32,000 nucleotides of DNA from contig NC_007484.1 of the NCBI RefSeq assembly GCF_000012805.1, forward strand, positions 2,610,001 to 2,642,000. The letters run 5' to 3'. Under the pieces are notes generated by a model. It ran no database searches and was not told the origin of the DNA. It worked only from the letters and a program-made list of their open reading frames with translations. The DNA is from Nitrosococcus oceani ATCC 19707 (GTDB taxonomy: Bacteria; Pseudomonadota; Gammaproteobacteria; Nitrosococcales; Nitrosococcaceae). This document shows positions 1 to 8,409 of this stretch, one piece after another. The position numbers and the translations under genes are program-made. Each line of letters begins with the position of its first letter. Position 1 is the stretch's first letter.

Positions 1-931
1 TGTCTTGGATCCTTTGCTAAAGCTTCTTTACCCCTTAGTGTGGCTTATTAATATCGTTGCCAACGCCTTGCTCGGTCTTTTTGGCGTTTACCCCCACCGG
101 GGGTCCGCCACTACCCTGAGCCAGGAGGAATTGCGCGTAGTACTGAGCGAAACCGGGTTGTTAGTCCCCAAACGGCACCAGCGCATGCTACTGAGCATTC
201 TCGACCTAGGGAAAGTAACGGTCAATGACGTCATGATTTCTCGCCATGAGATCGATGGCATCGATATTAACGACTCCATGGATAGTATTGTCACCCAGCT
301 AACTCACTGTGCACACACCCGTTTATACGTCTACCAAGACAACATTGATCATGTCGTCGGTATTCTGCACTTGAGAAAAGCACTGCACCTTATCGCCAGT
401 AATAATCTCCATAAAGAAAGCCTGCAAGCTATCATTAAGGAACCCTATTTCATCCCCGAAGAAACCCCCTTAAATCTTCAACTGTTAAATTTTCAGCGAT
501 GCAAACGGCGGACTGGCTTAATCGTAGACGAGTATGGTGATATTTTGGGTATGGTTACGCTGGAAGACATCCTAGAAGAAATTGTGGGTGAATTCACCGC
601 CGATGCCATTGATAGTGAAAGAGAGATACATCCGCAATCGGATGGCAGCTATTTAGTTGCCGGCAGCAGCAATATTCGGGAGTTAAACCGGATTATGCAA
701 TGGGATCTCCCTATTACCGGCCCAAAAACCTTAAACGGCCTCATTATTGAGTACCTGGAATCTATTCCAAGCCCAGGTATCGGCTTGCGCCTCGGCCAGT
801 ACCTTATCGAAATCGTTCAAACTAGCGGAAATGCCGTGCGCACAGCCCGCATACGGCCACCTGAAGATATAGAAGGCACTGGGATTGTAACTCCCGAACC
901 ACCTGGTCTTCCCCCCCAAAATCAGTCATAG
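1..931 (+). CDS. HlyC/CorC-family transporter (DUF21 / CBS pair / CorC_HlyC domains), C-terminal part; the 5' end lies outside the window
   Basis: The reading frame is open to the window edge, and the 'start' at 5 is only a TTG. The translation shows a last TM helix (LLYPLVWLINIVANALLGLFGV), CBS-like segments (VMISRHEIDGIDIND, VVGILHLRKAL, LIVDEYGDILGMVTLEDILEEIVGEF) and a CorC_HlyC-type tail (DGSYLVAGSSNIRELN...LIIEYLESIPSPG). Family assigned by recognition only. Confidence 0.75.
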   Translation, partial: VLDPLLKLLYPLVWLINIVANALLGLFGVYPHRGSATTLSQEELRVVLSETGLLVPKRHQRMLLSILDLGKVTVNDVMISRHEIDGIDINDSMDSIVTQLTHCAHTRLYVYQDNIDHVVGILHLRKALHLIASNNLHKESLQAIIKEPYFIPEETPLNLQLLNFQRCKRRTGLIVDEYGDILGMVTLEDILEEIVGEFTADAIDSEREIHPQSDGSYLVAGSSNIRELNRIMQWDLPITGPKTLNGLIIEYLESIPSPGIGLRLGQYLIEIVQTSGNAVRTARIRPPEDIEGTGIVTPEPPGLPPQNQS

Positions 932-1010
932 ATCATCTCGTTTCCCACGTGAATCCTTTATGATTTCTCCTTCCAGCCTGAGCCAATCGAAAAATTTATA
1001 AACTCTACCC

Positions 1011-2090
1011 ATGGTGGATAGCAAATTTAATAAAAAGGGGGGAAAACCGCAGCGCACTGAACTTAACTTACATTCCGGAATCAAATCCAGCCTTGCCGCA
1101 ACGGACTCCTCCTGCCCATTTCTGCTCTCCACCTCCCCCTTGCTGGACTATGAAAATCCCCTCGTAGAGACCCGCGAGAGCAAAGTGAGGCAGTGGACCC
1201 GCAAACTGCCAGTGATGAATTTGTTCCAGTCCACCCAGGCCTTGCTAGATGTCTTGACTCTGTTCAACGAACAACCTCTCCAGGAAAAACACCGGGTTCA
1301 ACTGCTCGATATTTATCGCGTTCCCATTAACACCATGCTGCTTAGCTTTGATCCGTTGCATCTGCGCCAACTTCCCATCCCTCCAGCGCAGCGGGAACAG
1401 GTTGCTCAGAATATCGCCCGCCTTCCTCTCATGTTAGCGGATGGCTATAAAACCGTCATCAAGCAAGGGTATGCGCGGGGCCGCGAGCCAAAACAAGATA
1501 GTATACTGCTGCTAGCCGCCACCCGGGCTTGCGAGCAACTGGGCCATACTATGCTGCATCGCTATCGCCTATCCCACCCGATTCCCCCTCGGCTCTATCT
1601 TGAACTTCATCAACTCTACCGCTACGCTGAACACTATCAAGTGCTTGATTGTATACCCCACGCCACCAAACCGGTCGGCACCGAAAAAAATATCGCCATG
1701 ACCCATAAGGAACTGATGTTACTAGCCATTGTCGAGCCATCCCGACTAGCTAGTGACGAAATCATGCCGAGCTATGAGCTGCTGGGGAAATTACTGACCC
1801 ATGTGAGAATTGCCCCTCCCCAAGCTTCTTCTGGAAAAATGAACAGCTTTGTTATTGATCTCAGCAAGGATCATCCACCTAAGCCTTTCGCCTTTCTAGA
1901 GATTTCTTTGGAAAATGAGAATCTGCGTCTTTTTGATACCTCTTCCCTTCTCAAGAGATTGGGTGAATTACTGCATCAGCCCGAGAGTCCTTCAATCACA
2001 CCGATACCTCTAAGAAATACCCAATTGCTGCGGCGCTTAACCCCTTACCTCAACGCCTCCTACCAACGCCCATCCCCTGGGAAGCCATGA
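1011..2090 (+). CDS. hypothetical protein (359 aa), translationally coupled to the downstream AsmA-family gene
   Basis: Long ORF with ATG at 1011 (alternative ATG at 1215). Its TGA overlaps the next ATG as ATGA at 2087-2090. No catalytic motif recognised, and no TM segment or signal peptide. See the finding for a tentative family resemblance. Confidence 0.6.
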   Translation: MVDSKFNKKGGKPQRTELNLHSGIKSSLAATDSSCPFLLSTSPLLDYENPLVETRESKVRQWTRKLPVMNLFQSTQALLDVLTLFNEQPLQEKHRVQLLDIYRVPINTMLLSFDPLHLRQLPIPPAQREQVAQNIARLPLMLADGYKTVIKQGYARGREPKQDSILLLAATRACEQLGHTMLHRYRLSHPIPPRLYLELHQLYRYAEHYQVLDCIPHATKPVGTEKNIAMTHKELMLLAIVEPSRLASDEIMPSYELLGKLLTHVRIAPPQASSGKMNSFVIDLSKDHPPKPFAFLEISLENENLRLFDTSSLLKRLGELLHQPESPSITPIPLRNTQLLRRLTPYLNASYQRPSPGKP

Positions 2091-4525
2091 GCAAGCAAAA
2101 AACTTATAAGGAACCCCTTTCAATGAAAAAATTTTTAAAAATCCTCTTCTCAACTCTCCTTGTCATTATTCTGCTAATTGTGATTGCGGCTGTCGTTCTG
2201 CCTTTTGTTATTGATCCTAACGACTTCAAGCCGCAAATCACAGCTCAGGTCGAGAAAGCTACAGGCCGGGAGCTCACACTCGGGGGGGATATCAAGCTCA
2301 GCGTCTTCCCTTGGTTAGGCGTAGATGTCAAGGAAGTCAGCCTCAGCAATGCCCCTGGCTTTGGGAAAACTCCCTTTGCTAAAGTCTCTGACATGGAAGT
2401 ACGGGTTAAGCTAATGCCCCTGCTCGAAAAACACCTTGTGATGGACACGGTAGTGCTTAATGGCTTGGATCTTAACCTAGCCCGCAACGCCCAAGGAAAA
2501 ACCAACTGGGCAGATCTGGCCGCCGGAGAATCCCAACAAACCCCCTCCCAAGAAGAAACGGCCACCGAAGGGGAAAGCCCGCCCCCTCTGGCGGGAATAG
2601 CCATCGCCGGACTTAAAATTGAAGCGGCCCGCATCGACTGGCGCGACGAGGTGAAAGATGTTCGCTATACCATCAAAAAACTTAATTTAGATACCGATCC
2701 TCTCGTACCTGGAGAACCCACCCAGATAAAGCTCGACTTTGACTTTGTCGCAAGCCAGCCGGACGTTCACGGCCACCTGGACTTTGGCGGAAAAGTGACT
2801 GCCGACATGGAGGCCAATCACTACCTTCTCCAAAATACAGACCTGCAGCTTACCGCTGCCGGACCAGCGCTGCCTATTGAACAACTGGCGTTGCAATTAA
2901 ATGCTGATATTGATGCCTTCCTTGCCAAGCAACAATTGACCGTGAGCGATCTCAAGCTCACCAGCCAGGTAAAAGGAGAGCAAGAAGTACAACTTACTCT
3001 AAACACTTCCCTGGAGGGAAATCTGGCGGCCCAACAATACCACCTTAATGACCTTCAGCTAGAAACCCAAGTGGAAACGCCCCAATTTCCCGAGCCCATA
3101 AACGCTACCCTGGCTACCACGGCAAGCCTAGATCTCAACGGAGAAACCTTAGCGCTGCAAGACCTCTCCCTCGCTACGCTTGGCATTAAACTAAAAGGCC
3201 AAATCAAAGGCGCCAACATACTGACTGACCCCAACTTTAAGGGCCAACTAGTTAGTAACCAATTCAACCCCCGCCATGCGGCTGAAGCCCTGGCCCTCGA
3301 ACTTCCTCCTACTGGCGATAAATCGGCCCTCAGCAAAGCCCGGCTGGCACTGAAATTCTCCGCCTCCCCCCAGGATTTCGACGCCAAAGCGCTGGCGGCT
3401 AAACTAGACGACAGCACCCTTAAGGGCGCCGTGGCGGTGCGTAATTTCCAGCAGCCAGCCATCCGTTTTAACTTGGCCCTCGATACTATTAATCTAGATC
3501 GCTATCTCCCGCCACCTTCCGAAAAGACCTCCCAATCCCCACCCCCAGCCCCAACCTCCCCTGGCAGTGCTGCGGCTGGTGCGGCGTCTCTTCCCCTTGA
3601 TGCTTTACGTGCCCTTAATGCTAGCGGAACATTCAAAATAAGCGAACTCACCGTAAATGGCGTTCACAGCGAAGGCATCCGTATTACTTTGGCGGCCAAA
3701 GACGGACTGGTAAAGCTTCATCCCTTATCCGCCAAACTCTATCAGGGCAGCTACACGGGAAATATCCGCCTAGACGCCCGCAATACTCCCCCCAAATTAG
3801 CTATTGATGAAAAGCTTGCTGGCGTTAAAGCTGGCCCCTTGCTGCAAGATCTGACGGGCGATGGCAAAATAACGGGCACCGCCAATATCAACGCCACTTT
3901 GACGGCCACTGGCGCCACGCCTAAGGCCATCCAGCGCACCCTCAACGGCACCGCCGGTTTTTCCTTTACCGATGGAGCCGTCAAAGGTATTAATATCGCC
4001 CGCCTCATCCGGGAAGCCAAAGCTACCCTGGAGGGCAAACAGTTACCCCCCAACAGGGAGCCAGAACAAACCGATTTCGCCCTACTGGAAGGGACGATAG
4101 CGGCAACCAACGGTATCCTAAGAAATAACGATCTAAAAGCCCAATCCCCCTTTCTCCGGGTACAGGGCCAGGGGACCGCTAACCTGGTCCAGGAAGATTT
4201 GGACTATCAATTGAAGGTAGCTATTGTTAAAACTCCCAAGGGTCAGGGGGGAGAGGGCCTCGCTAAATTGAAGGGTATCACTATTCCCATCAAGATTAGC
4301 GGCACTTTCACCCAACCCAAATACGGCATTGACCTAGAAAGCCTTATCAAAGCGAGAGCCGGAAAGCTTATTGAAGAGAATAAGCAGGATATTCAGAAAG
4401 AATTAGAAAAGAAGTTGGATAAGCTCCTGGGAACCGAATCTGATCAAGGTAATGGTGAAACACCCTCGTCGCCCGAGCAACAATTAAAAGAAGAGCTTAA
4501 AAATAAATTGAAAGGAATTTTCTAA
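2087..4525 (+). CDS. AsmA-family outer-membrane biogenesis / lipid-transport protein
   Basis: 812-aa ORF with an N-terminal membrane anchor (FLKILFSTLLVIILLIVIAAVVLPFVI). It has a long beta-rich repetitive body and an AsmA-type C-terminal block (LRVQGQGTANLVQEDLDYQLKV...ITIPIKISGTFTQPKYGIDL). An alternative start is ATG 2123 (MKKFLKIL...). Confidence 0.8.
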   Translation: MSKQKTYKEPLSMKKFLKILFSTLLVIILLIVIAAVVLPFVIDPNDFKPQITAQVEKATGRELTLGGDIKLSVFPWLGVDVKEVSLSNAPGFGKTPFAKVSDMEVRVKLMPLLEKHLVMDTVVLNGLDLNLARNAQGKTNWADLAAGESQQTPSQEETATEGESPPPLAGIAIAGLKIEAARIDWRDEVKDVRYTIKKLNLDTDPLVPGEPTQIKLDFDFVASQPDVHGHLDFGGKVTADMEANHYLLQNTDLQLTAAGPALPIEQLALQLNADIDAFLAKQQLTVSDLKLTSQVKGEQEVQLTLNTSLEGNLAAQQYHLNDLQLETQVETPQFPEPINATLATTASLDLNGETLALQDLSLATLGIKLKGQIKGANILTDPNFKGQLVSNQFNPRHAAEALALELPPTGDKSALSKARLALKFSASPQDFDAKALAAKLDDSTLKGAVAVRNFQQPAIRFNLALDTINLDRYLPPPSEKTSQSPPPAPTSPGSAAAGAASLPLDALRALNASGTFKISELTVNGVHSEGIRITLAAKDGLVKLHPLSAKLYQGSYTGNIRLDARNTPPKLAIDEKLAGVKAGPLLQDLTGDGKITGTANINATLTATGATPKAIQRTLNGTAGFSFTDGAVKGINIARLIREAKATLEGKQLPPNREPEQTDFALLEGTIAATNGILRNNDLKAQSPFLRVQGQGTANLVQEDLDYQLKVAIVKTPKGQGGEGLAKLKGITIPIKISGTFTQPKYGIDLESLIKARAGKLIEENKQDIQKELEKKLDKLLGTESDQGNGETPSSPEQQLKEELKNKLKGIF

Positions 4526-4547
4526 ATTTAAATCTCTTCTACTAACC

Positions 4548-5066
4548 ATGTTCAGCCGGGCAGAAGCCCCTGGTGTCCAAAACCTTGAGGTATCACGCCG
4601 CTATTCTGGCTATATTGTTAACGGCCAAGTACGGCTGCAAGCACCCCTGGAAGCCGTGCGGGCACAGCTATTGAATTTTAATCATATGGACCGCTTGCAT
4701 CGGTGCATCCAAAGAAGTGAGCTGCAATACTGTTTTCCAGATGGCCGCCATCGGGTGTGTGTCCAAGTCCGATTTTGTATTATACGGTTTGGGTTTGCGC
4801 TTCAAAGCATCCAAGACTTTACCTGGAATAAATATACCATTCAGGCCGTGATGCTGCCGGAAAAAGGTGATTTCACCCACGGAAAAATATGCTGGAATCT
4901 TACTCCCAACGGTAGTGAAGGCACCCAACTCCGATTCAGGGTGGAATTAATCCCCGCCTTTTGGATTCCTCCTCTGATTGGCCCCTGCTTGCTTAAACGT
5001 ATCCTCCTGGAAAAAGCTCGTGAAATCACTCAAAACCTGGAACGTTTGGCTACTATGCTGCCATGA
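4548..5066 (+). CDS. SRPBCC (START/polyketide-cyclase-like) superfamily protein, function unknown
   Basis: 172-aa ORF with ATG at 4548. Size and pattern (VSRRYSGYIVNGQVRLQAPLEAVRAQLLNFNHMDRL ... WNLTPNGSEGTQLRFRVELIP) fit small lipid-binding SRPBCC proteins. Its stop overlaps the mutY ATG (ATGA at 5063-5066). The family call is tentative. Confidence 0.5.
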   Translation: MFSRAEAPGVQNLEVSRRYSGYIVNGQVRLQAPLEAVRAQLLNFNHMDRLHRCIQRSELQYCFPDGRHRVCVQVRFCIIRFGFALQSIQDFTWNKYTIQAVMLPEKGDFTHGKICWNLTPNGSEGTQLRFRVELIPAFWIPPLIGPCLLKRILLEKAREITQNLERLATMLP

Positions 5067-6127
5067 ACAAGAGCGACTTCAGCCAACGCCTGCTTACCTG
5101 GTTTGACGCCTATGGACGCAAGGATCTGCCTTGGCAACAAAATCCTACCCTCTACCGGGTCTGGGTCTCGGAAATTATGCTGCAGCAAACCCAGGTAGCT
5201 ACCGTCATCCCCTATTACCAGCGATTTATCGAGCGTTTCCCTAGCCTGCCAGCCCTCGCCCACGCCTCTGTGGATGAAATTCTCGGACTCTGGGCAGGAC
5301 TAGGCTACTATGCCCGGGCCCGGCGCCTGCACCAGGCGGCCCGGATAGCCTGGGAAACCCATGGAGGGGAATTGCCCGCTACTCTTGAGGCGCTCATGGA
5401 ATTACCAGGAATTGGCCGTTCCACCGGCGGCGCTATCTTGGCCCTGGCCCTGGGTCAGCGTTACCCCATTCTGGATGGCAACGTCAAGCGGGTACTGACC
5501 CGGCAGGAGGCCATCGAGCATTGGCCGGGACAACCAAAGGTGGAAAAGCAGCTCTGGCAGCGGGCCGCAACGCTGCTTCCTCGAACCCGCCTGGCGGACT
5601 ACACCCAAGCCATCATGGATCTGGGGGCTACCGTCTGCACCCGTCATCGCCCTCATTGTCCCTCCTGCCCCGTCAAGAAAACTTGTCAAGCCCATCTCCA
5701 AGAAAACCCGGAAGCTTATCCCCGTTCCCGCCCTCGCAAGCGTTTACCCCTGCGCGCTACCTGTATGTTAATTCTGCTTAATGATCAGGGAGAGGTTCTA
5801 TTGGAGCGCCGCCCGCCCGTAGGAATTTGGGGTGGGCTATGGAGTTTCCCCGAGTGTCCTCCTCAAACGGAGGCGGCTCTGTGGTGCCAGGAACAGTTCG
5901 GCTGGCCTATTGGAGAAGTTCAGCATTGGCCTCCTTTACGTCACCATTTCACCCACTTTACCCTTGATATCCAACCAGTCATAGCTCGAATTCGCGGCGA
6001 GGCCCGGCAAGTCATGGAACCTAACAGCCAGGTCTGGTATAAAATGGAGCCCATGTATAAGCGCGGTCTCCCGGCCCCCACCCTCCGGCTATTAAAGCGG
6101 CTGCGCGAACCATCAAAAGGTGAATAA
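5063..6127 (+). CDS. mutY: A/G-specific adenine DNA glycosylase MutY
   Basis: HhH-GPD glycosylase N-terminus ([34 protein letters not shown]; [16 protein letters not shown]). Four-Cys Fe-S loop C-x6-C-x2-C-x5-C ([17 protein letters not shown]). C-terminal NUDIX-like domain. Followed by yggX, as in E. coli. Confidence 0.93.
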   Translation: MNKSDFSQRLLTWFDAYGRKDLPWQQNPTLYRVWVSEIMLQQTQVATVIPYYQRFIERFPSLPALAHASVDEILGLWAGLGYYARARRLHQAARIAWETHGGELPATLEALMELPGIGRSTGGAILALALGQRYPILDGNVKRVLTRQEAIEHWPGQPKVEKQLWQRAATLLPRTRLADYTQAIMDLGATVCTRHRPHCPSCPVKKTCQAHLQENPEAYPRSRPRKRLPLRATCMLILLNDQGEVLLERRPPVGIWGGLWSFPECPPQTEAALWCQEQFGWPIGEVQHWPPLRHHFTHFTLDIQPVIARIRGEARQVMEPNSQVWYKMEPMYKRGLPAPTLRLLKRLREPSKGE

Positions 6128-6131
6128 AGTA

Positions 6132-6404
6132 ATGAGCCGTACCGTACATTGCGTCAAACTGGACCACGAAGCCGAAGGCTTGGATTTTCCTCCCTACCCT
6201 GGGGAACTGGGTAAGCGCCTATATGAGCAAGTCTCCAAGGAAGCGTGGCAGATGTGGATGAAGCACCAAACCATACTCATCAACGAATACCGTCTGACCC
6301 TTGTAGATCCCAAAGCCCGGCAATTTTTAGAACAAGAAATGGAAAAGTTCTTCTTTGGTGAAGGCTCGACGCCTCCCCAGGAATACACTCCACCTGAGCA
6401 ATAA
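6132..6404 (+). CDS. yggX: Fe(2+)-trafficking / oxidative-damage protection protein YggX
   Basis: [55 protein letters not shown] aligns almost residue for residue with E. coli YggX ([39 protein letters not shown]...). The ORF-track start at 6120 is a GTG, and ATG 6132 matches the homologue N-terminus. Confidence 0.9.
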   Translation: MSRTVHCVKLDHEAEGLDFPPYPGELGKRLYEQVSKEAWQMWMKHQTILINEYRLTLVDPKARQFLEQEMEKFFFGEGSTPPQEYTPPEQ

Positions 6405-7553
6405 CTAAACCTCCCTTCTCTCTTTTGAATTAGAGCGTGAGGAGGGGGAGCACGGAAAAACATAGGGCGCCGGATCTAGACTAGATGTCCGCTCTAGAAG
6501 AATATCTCTCAATAAACAAGCCGATGCGGGAGCAGTGACCACTCCATTGCGAAAATGACCGGCATTGACATAAAGGCCCTTTATGGCGGGATGCGCTCCA
6601 ATATAGGGAATACCCTGGGGCGAGCCCGGGCGCAACCCCGCCCATTGGTGCGTAACGGGGAGAGACTTCAGCGCGGGCACCAAGGTATAAGCGGCTTCGC
6701 GGAGTTCCTTTGAAGCCTCTGCCGTGGTGGATTTATCGAAACCAGTATACTCCAGGGTGCTCCCGGCAAGGATGTGCCCGTCCCGGCGGGGGATTAGATA
6801 ATACCCCCGCCCCATGATCATTTTTGACAACAGCCCAGGTTGCCCTCGAAAAAGGATCATTTGCCCTCGCACTGGCTCTACCGGCAAATGGATTCCACTT
6901 TCAGTCAGGAACTGCCCGCTCCATGCGCCCCCCGCCACGACTACCCGCTCTGCGGCCAGGGAAGCACCTTCAGTAGCTACCCCCGTTATGGTTTGATTAC
7001 GAACAAGCAAGCCCGTCGCCTTAACCCCTTCTAAAACTTCTACACCCAACTTTTTCAAACTCTGGCGTAATGCCCGCACCAACCGGGGAGGGCGCACCTG
7101 AGCGACTTTTGGCATCCATAACCCTGCGGCTCCGGCATCTTCCCCCAAAGCCCCTTCCCATTGCCTCGGATCGCACCCCTTAAAAACCTCCAGCACCGCT
7201 TTCCAGCGTTCTGCCCAACGCCGCGCCTCCAACCCCTCCGCCACTACTCCTAGCATTAGCAGACCGCTAAGAGTCCATTCCGGGTCCACACCGCTTTCCC
7301 GCCAAAGATCCTGGCACAGCCCTTCATATCGCGCCTGACTCCAAGCGGCGAGGGCGCTGACTCCATCCGGATAGCGCCAAGGATAAAGAGGCGAGAGGAT
7401 CCCTCCCCCAGCCCAGGAGGCTTCTTGTCCGGCCTGGCCCCGTTCAATCAAGACCACTTTCAAGCCGCTCAAGCGTAATTCCCGGGCGCTCAACATACCC
7501 ATAAGACCGCCCCCGATGATCACCACATCAGGCATTTTTATTTTCTTAGACAC
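6405..7553 (-). CDS. thiO: FAD-dependent oxidoreductase of the DAO family, glycine-oxidase (ThiO)-like
   Basis: N-terminal dinucleotide fold (DVVIIGGGLMGMLSARELRLSGLKVVLIERG) and a ThiO-like C-terminal motif (HQWAGLRPGSPQGIPYIGAHP...GLYVNAGHFRNGV). The start is either GTG 7553 or ATG 7535. It diverges from the minor-pilin operon, as the DAO-like gene does next to fimT in PAO1 (from memory). Confidence 0.65.
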   Translation of the reverse strand: MSKKIKMPDVVIIGGGLMGMLSARELRLSGLKVVLIERGQAGQEASWAGGGILSPLYPWRYPDGVSALAAWSQARYEGLCQDLWRESGVDPEWTLSGLLMLGVVAEGLEARRWAERWKAVLEVFKGCDPRQWEGALGEDAGAAGLWMPKVAQVRPPRLVRALRQSLKKLGVEVLEGVKATGLLVRNQTITGVATEGASLAAERVVVAGGAWSGQFLTESGIHLPVEPVRGQMILFRGQPGLLSKMIMGRGYYLIPRRDGHILAGSTLEYTGFDKSTTAEASKELREAAYTLVPALKSLPVTHQWAGLRPGSPQGIPYIGAHPAIKGLYVNAGHFRNGVVTAPASACLLRDILLERTSSLDPAPYVFPCSPSSRSNSKERREV

Positions 7554-7802
7554 GCCGTAATCTCAATTATTAACCCTTAGATTGGGAGATGAAAATTTCG
7601 GGTATTTTGAAAAACACCGGTTTCAATCGCTGTCTTTACGATAACTGCCATTATACCTGTGGGCGGCTGCTTAAATTAAATCCACTTTCTGCCGAAAAGA
7701 AAGGATAGCGTTTTTAAATTAGCAAACCGTCATAAAACAGATTTGTGGAACGTTTCACGGCTTGCTCTTAGGGACTCGCTATGCTAGCCAGCAGTATTAA
7801 TA

Positions 7803-7824
7803 GGTCCGTTTTCCAACACGGACC
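7803..7824 (+). promoter_or_regulatory. perfect 7-bp inverted repeat (GGTCCGT-N8-ACGGACC) 22 nt upstream of the fimT/U-like start; candidate operator or 5'-UTR hairpin
   Basis: Read directly: ggtccgt tttccaac acggacc. There is no upstream same-strand gene for it to terminate. Each arm contains a CCGT core. Confidence 0.3.
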
Positions 7825-7845
7825 AATAACGCATTTTAAGCCATC

Positions 7846-8409
7846 ATGAACCGCACAGCAGATATCTTTAGGCAAGGAACTAACGGCTTTACCTTAGCTG
7901 AGCTCATCATTACCCTGGCCATCGCCGGGATTATCACCACCATGGCGGTACCAAGTTTTCAGGGAGCCATCAGAAATAACCGGATAAGCACCCAAGCTAA
8001 TGAGTTCATTACCGCTTTACACTCTGCCCGCAGCGAAGCGGTCAAGCGGAGGCAGCGCATCACCATCTGTAAAAGTGCAAACAGCACCGCTGCTTCCCCC
8101 GCCTGCAATACTGTAAATTCCACCGGCTGGGACAAAGGATGGGTTGTATTTGTCGATGAGGATGAAGACGCAAGCCTGGATACTACTGAGACCGTCCTCC
8201 GCATTCATGGCCCATTGGAAGGAGGTAATCGACTAACAGGAAACACCAATGTAGCTAACTACATCTCCTACGCGGCCAACGGAACAGCCCAACTTACGAG
8301 CGGCGCGATTCAAATGGGAACCATCACCCTTTGCCATCCGCCCAAGGCCCGCCAAATCGTTATTAATAGTACGGGCCGCATTCGCTCAGAGGAGACCACT
8401 TGCTCATGA
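7846..8409 (+). CDS. fimT: type IV pilus minor pilin, GspH/FimT/FimU family
   Basis: Class III signal and N-methylation motif (RQGTNG|FTLAELIITLAIAGIITTMAVPSF). GspH-like body. C-terminal GRIR (GRxR) motif. First gene of the pilVWXY1E cluster, with its stop overlapping the pilV ATG. Confidence 0.8.
   Translation: MNRTADIFRQGTNGFTLAELIITLAIAGIITTMAVPSFQGAIRNNRISTQANEFITALHSARSEAVKRRQRITICKSANSTAASPACNTVNSTGWDKGWVVFVDEDEDASLDTTETVLRIHGPLEGGNRLTGNTNVANYISYAANGTAQLTSGAIQMGTITLCHPPKARQIVINSTGRIRSEETTCS

Noticed and set aside
7554-7720. Possible TPP (THI-box) riboswitch in front of the thiO-like gene
   Set aside because: Neither strand shows the CUGAGA or ACCUGAUCUGGAUAAUGCCAGCG cores. The gene stands alone rather than in a thiCOSG operon.
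7746-7766. sigma-54-like TGGAAC...CTTGCT upstream of the pilin operon
   Set aside because: The GG and GC elements are about 5 nt too far apart for the TGGCAC-N5-TTGC geometry, and the -24 box is imperfect.
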